Positions 63,301 through 64,000 of a stretch of DNA of 64,000 nt are shown here, piece by piece; position 1 is the first letter of the stretch; the number at the start of each line of letters is the position of its first letter. A model generated the notes under the pieces. That model saw only the letters and a list, made by a program, of their open reading frames with translations, did no database searches and was not told the origin of the DNA. Made by a program: the position numbers and the translations under genes. This stretch comes from Bugula neritina (lineage: Eukaryota > Animalia > Bryozoa): contig OZ037771.1 of assembly GCA_964035545.1 (NCBI GenBank), forward strand, positions 10,358,480 through 10,422,479. Reading direction: 5' to 3'.

Positions 63301-63390
63301 AGGCTTACAGTCAGTGCGCAGTGGTTTGAGGAAGCTTATGAGCGATGAAGTAGATGCTGCCCAGGAGTTGATGCTTGACACGTCTCACAG
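57208..63390 (+). CDS. Spliced host gene, 5' part (>=437 codons, Ser/Pro-rich, partly helical; weak resemblance to centrobin); continues beyond the window
   Basis: Eight GT-AG exons join without stops and with matching phases: 57208-57369, 57957-58084, 58563-58832, 59190-59381, 60213-60339, 62467-62641, 62744-62871, 63260-63390; in-frame TGA 6 nt before the ATG. Confidence 0.82.
57647..57868. repeat. Intronic 12-bp minisatellite (TACACTATTGAG / TACACTAGTCAC)
   Basis: About 17-18 units of two interspersed variants. Confidence 0.92.
57957..58084 (+). CDS. Host gene coding exon 2 (GRDSGQGSS...RSRSLSPQ)
   Basis: TTACAG| acceptor, AG|GTGAAT donor; phase 0 to 2. Confidence 0.8.
58316..58461. repeat. 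Intronic 29/34-bp minisatellite
   Basis: TGTTGACTACCATGTTAGTATA(TTA)TAGTAA repeated about 5 times. Confidence 0.88.
58563..58832 (+). CDS. Host gene coding exon 3 (RVRVHYTDSAREAL...ASPSE)
   Basis: GTACAG| acceptor, AG|GTGATT donor; phase 2 to 2; charged helical segment. Confidence 0.82.
59190..59381 (+). CDS. Host gene coding exon 4 (TTQPITVIQEHIRFAES...RSCSPLA)
   Basis: TTACAG| acceptor, AG|GTGAAG donor; phase 2 to 2. Confidence 0.8.
60213..60339 (+). CDS. Host gene coding exon 5 (SPGHSTATSSRKKLAF...EIRTR)
   Basis: TTTAGCAG| tandem acceptor, CGG|GTCAGT donor; phase 2 to 0. Confidence 0.78.
60352..60846. repeat. Intronic 32-bp minisatellite
   Basis: TAGTATAAGGTGTACCAACTCTCCTGTCTACA about 13 copies from ~60419, preceded by shorter degenerate units. 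Confidence 0.93.
62467..62641 (+). CDS. Host gene coding exon 6 (LTNDFIDA...TTPEA)
   Basis: Pyrimidine-rich acceptor TTTATTCAG|, CAG|GTAACT donor; phase 0 to 1. Confidence 0.8.
62744..62871 (+). CDS. Host gene coding exon 7 (DRHGTAHK...DAQDK)
   Basis: TCTCTGCAG| acceptor, AAA|GTGAGT donor; phase 1 to 0. Confidence 0.8.
63260..63390 (+). CDS. Host gene coding exon 8 (EALAVPNTPSTYIRGLQSVRSGLRKLM...DTSH)
   Basis: TGATTGTAG| acceptor, CAG|GTGCTT donor; phase 0 to 2. Confidence 0.75.
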
Positions 63391-63813
63391 GTGCTTGTAT
63401 ATCCGTGTCATTCTATAGCAGGTTCTTGTATGAGCAATGCACTAAAATAATATGTGCCCATATTTATAGTCATTGATATACTGTAATAGATGTGTATATA
63501 GTAATCATGTTGGTGAATATTTAACTCTTGTGTTCACCTTTTATCGTTATGTCCTACATTCATGTTTGTGCAATATTGGCTTCATTTTTGTCTTTGTTCA
63601 ACATGGTGTATTGAATAGATGAATTAATTGTTTCCTTCTGATTTTGTACTGTGAGTCACATTTTATAAAATAAAGTATTTATATTATATTCGTTATATAG
63701 ATATACTATTTTATACACCATATGTTTTTACACTTTATATTATTTATTTAATGTTATATGTGTATACATATATGTATATTCAATATCATATGCTTTTCAT
63801 GACATGCTACATG

Positions 63814-63941
<128 letters not shown>

Positions 63942-64000
63942 CATATGCCACTATATATACATACACTGTTGACCCGGTAGAGCTGAGAATGTTAGTCTGA

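Overview
AT-rich eukaryotic DNA, most likely from an invertebrate animal, with a heterochromatin-like repeat landscape. Bases 1-45.6 kb are mostly three related satellite families built on a ~10-bp module: a 148-bp-monomer satellite with higher-order duplications, a simple 10/20-bp satellite, and a diverged 10-bp satellite with a recurring landmark motif. These arrays switch orientation several times. Embedded in or between them are two structurally complete minus-strand Ty3/Gypsy LTR retrotransposons (38-4388 and 26562-34168), each with apparently identical LTRs, a TSD, a tRNA-Leu PBS and a PPT. There is also a 5'-truncated RTE-type LINE with a 17-bp TSD, a decayed plus-strand relative of the second Gypsy (47472-~52130), and several non-autonomous DNA elements (Kolobok-like TTAA MITE, hAT-like MITE, palindromic/foldback elements). 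From 57.2 kb a spliced plus-strand host gene can be assembled from 8 phase-compatible exons; it weakly resembles centrobin and runs off the window. The most notable details are a -1 frameshift cassette in the second Gypsy, a non-coding block with compensatory base changes plus a second PPT-like tract shared by two diverged Gypsy copies, and candidate microexons in the host gene. I found no clearly new biological system. All alignments and counts were done by eye.
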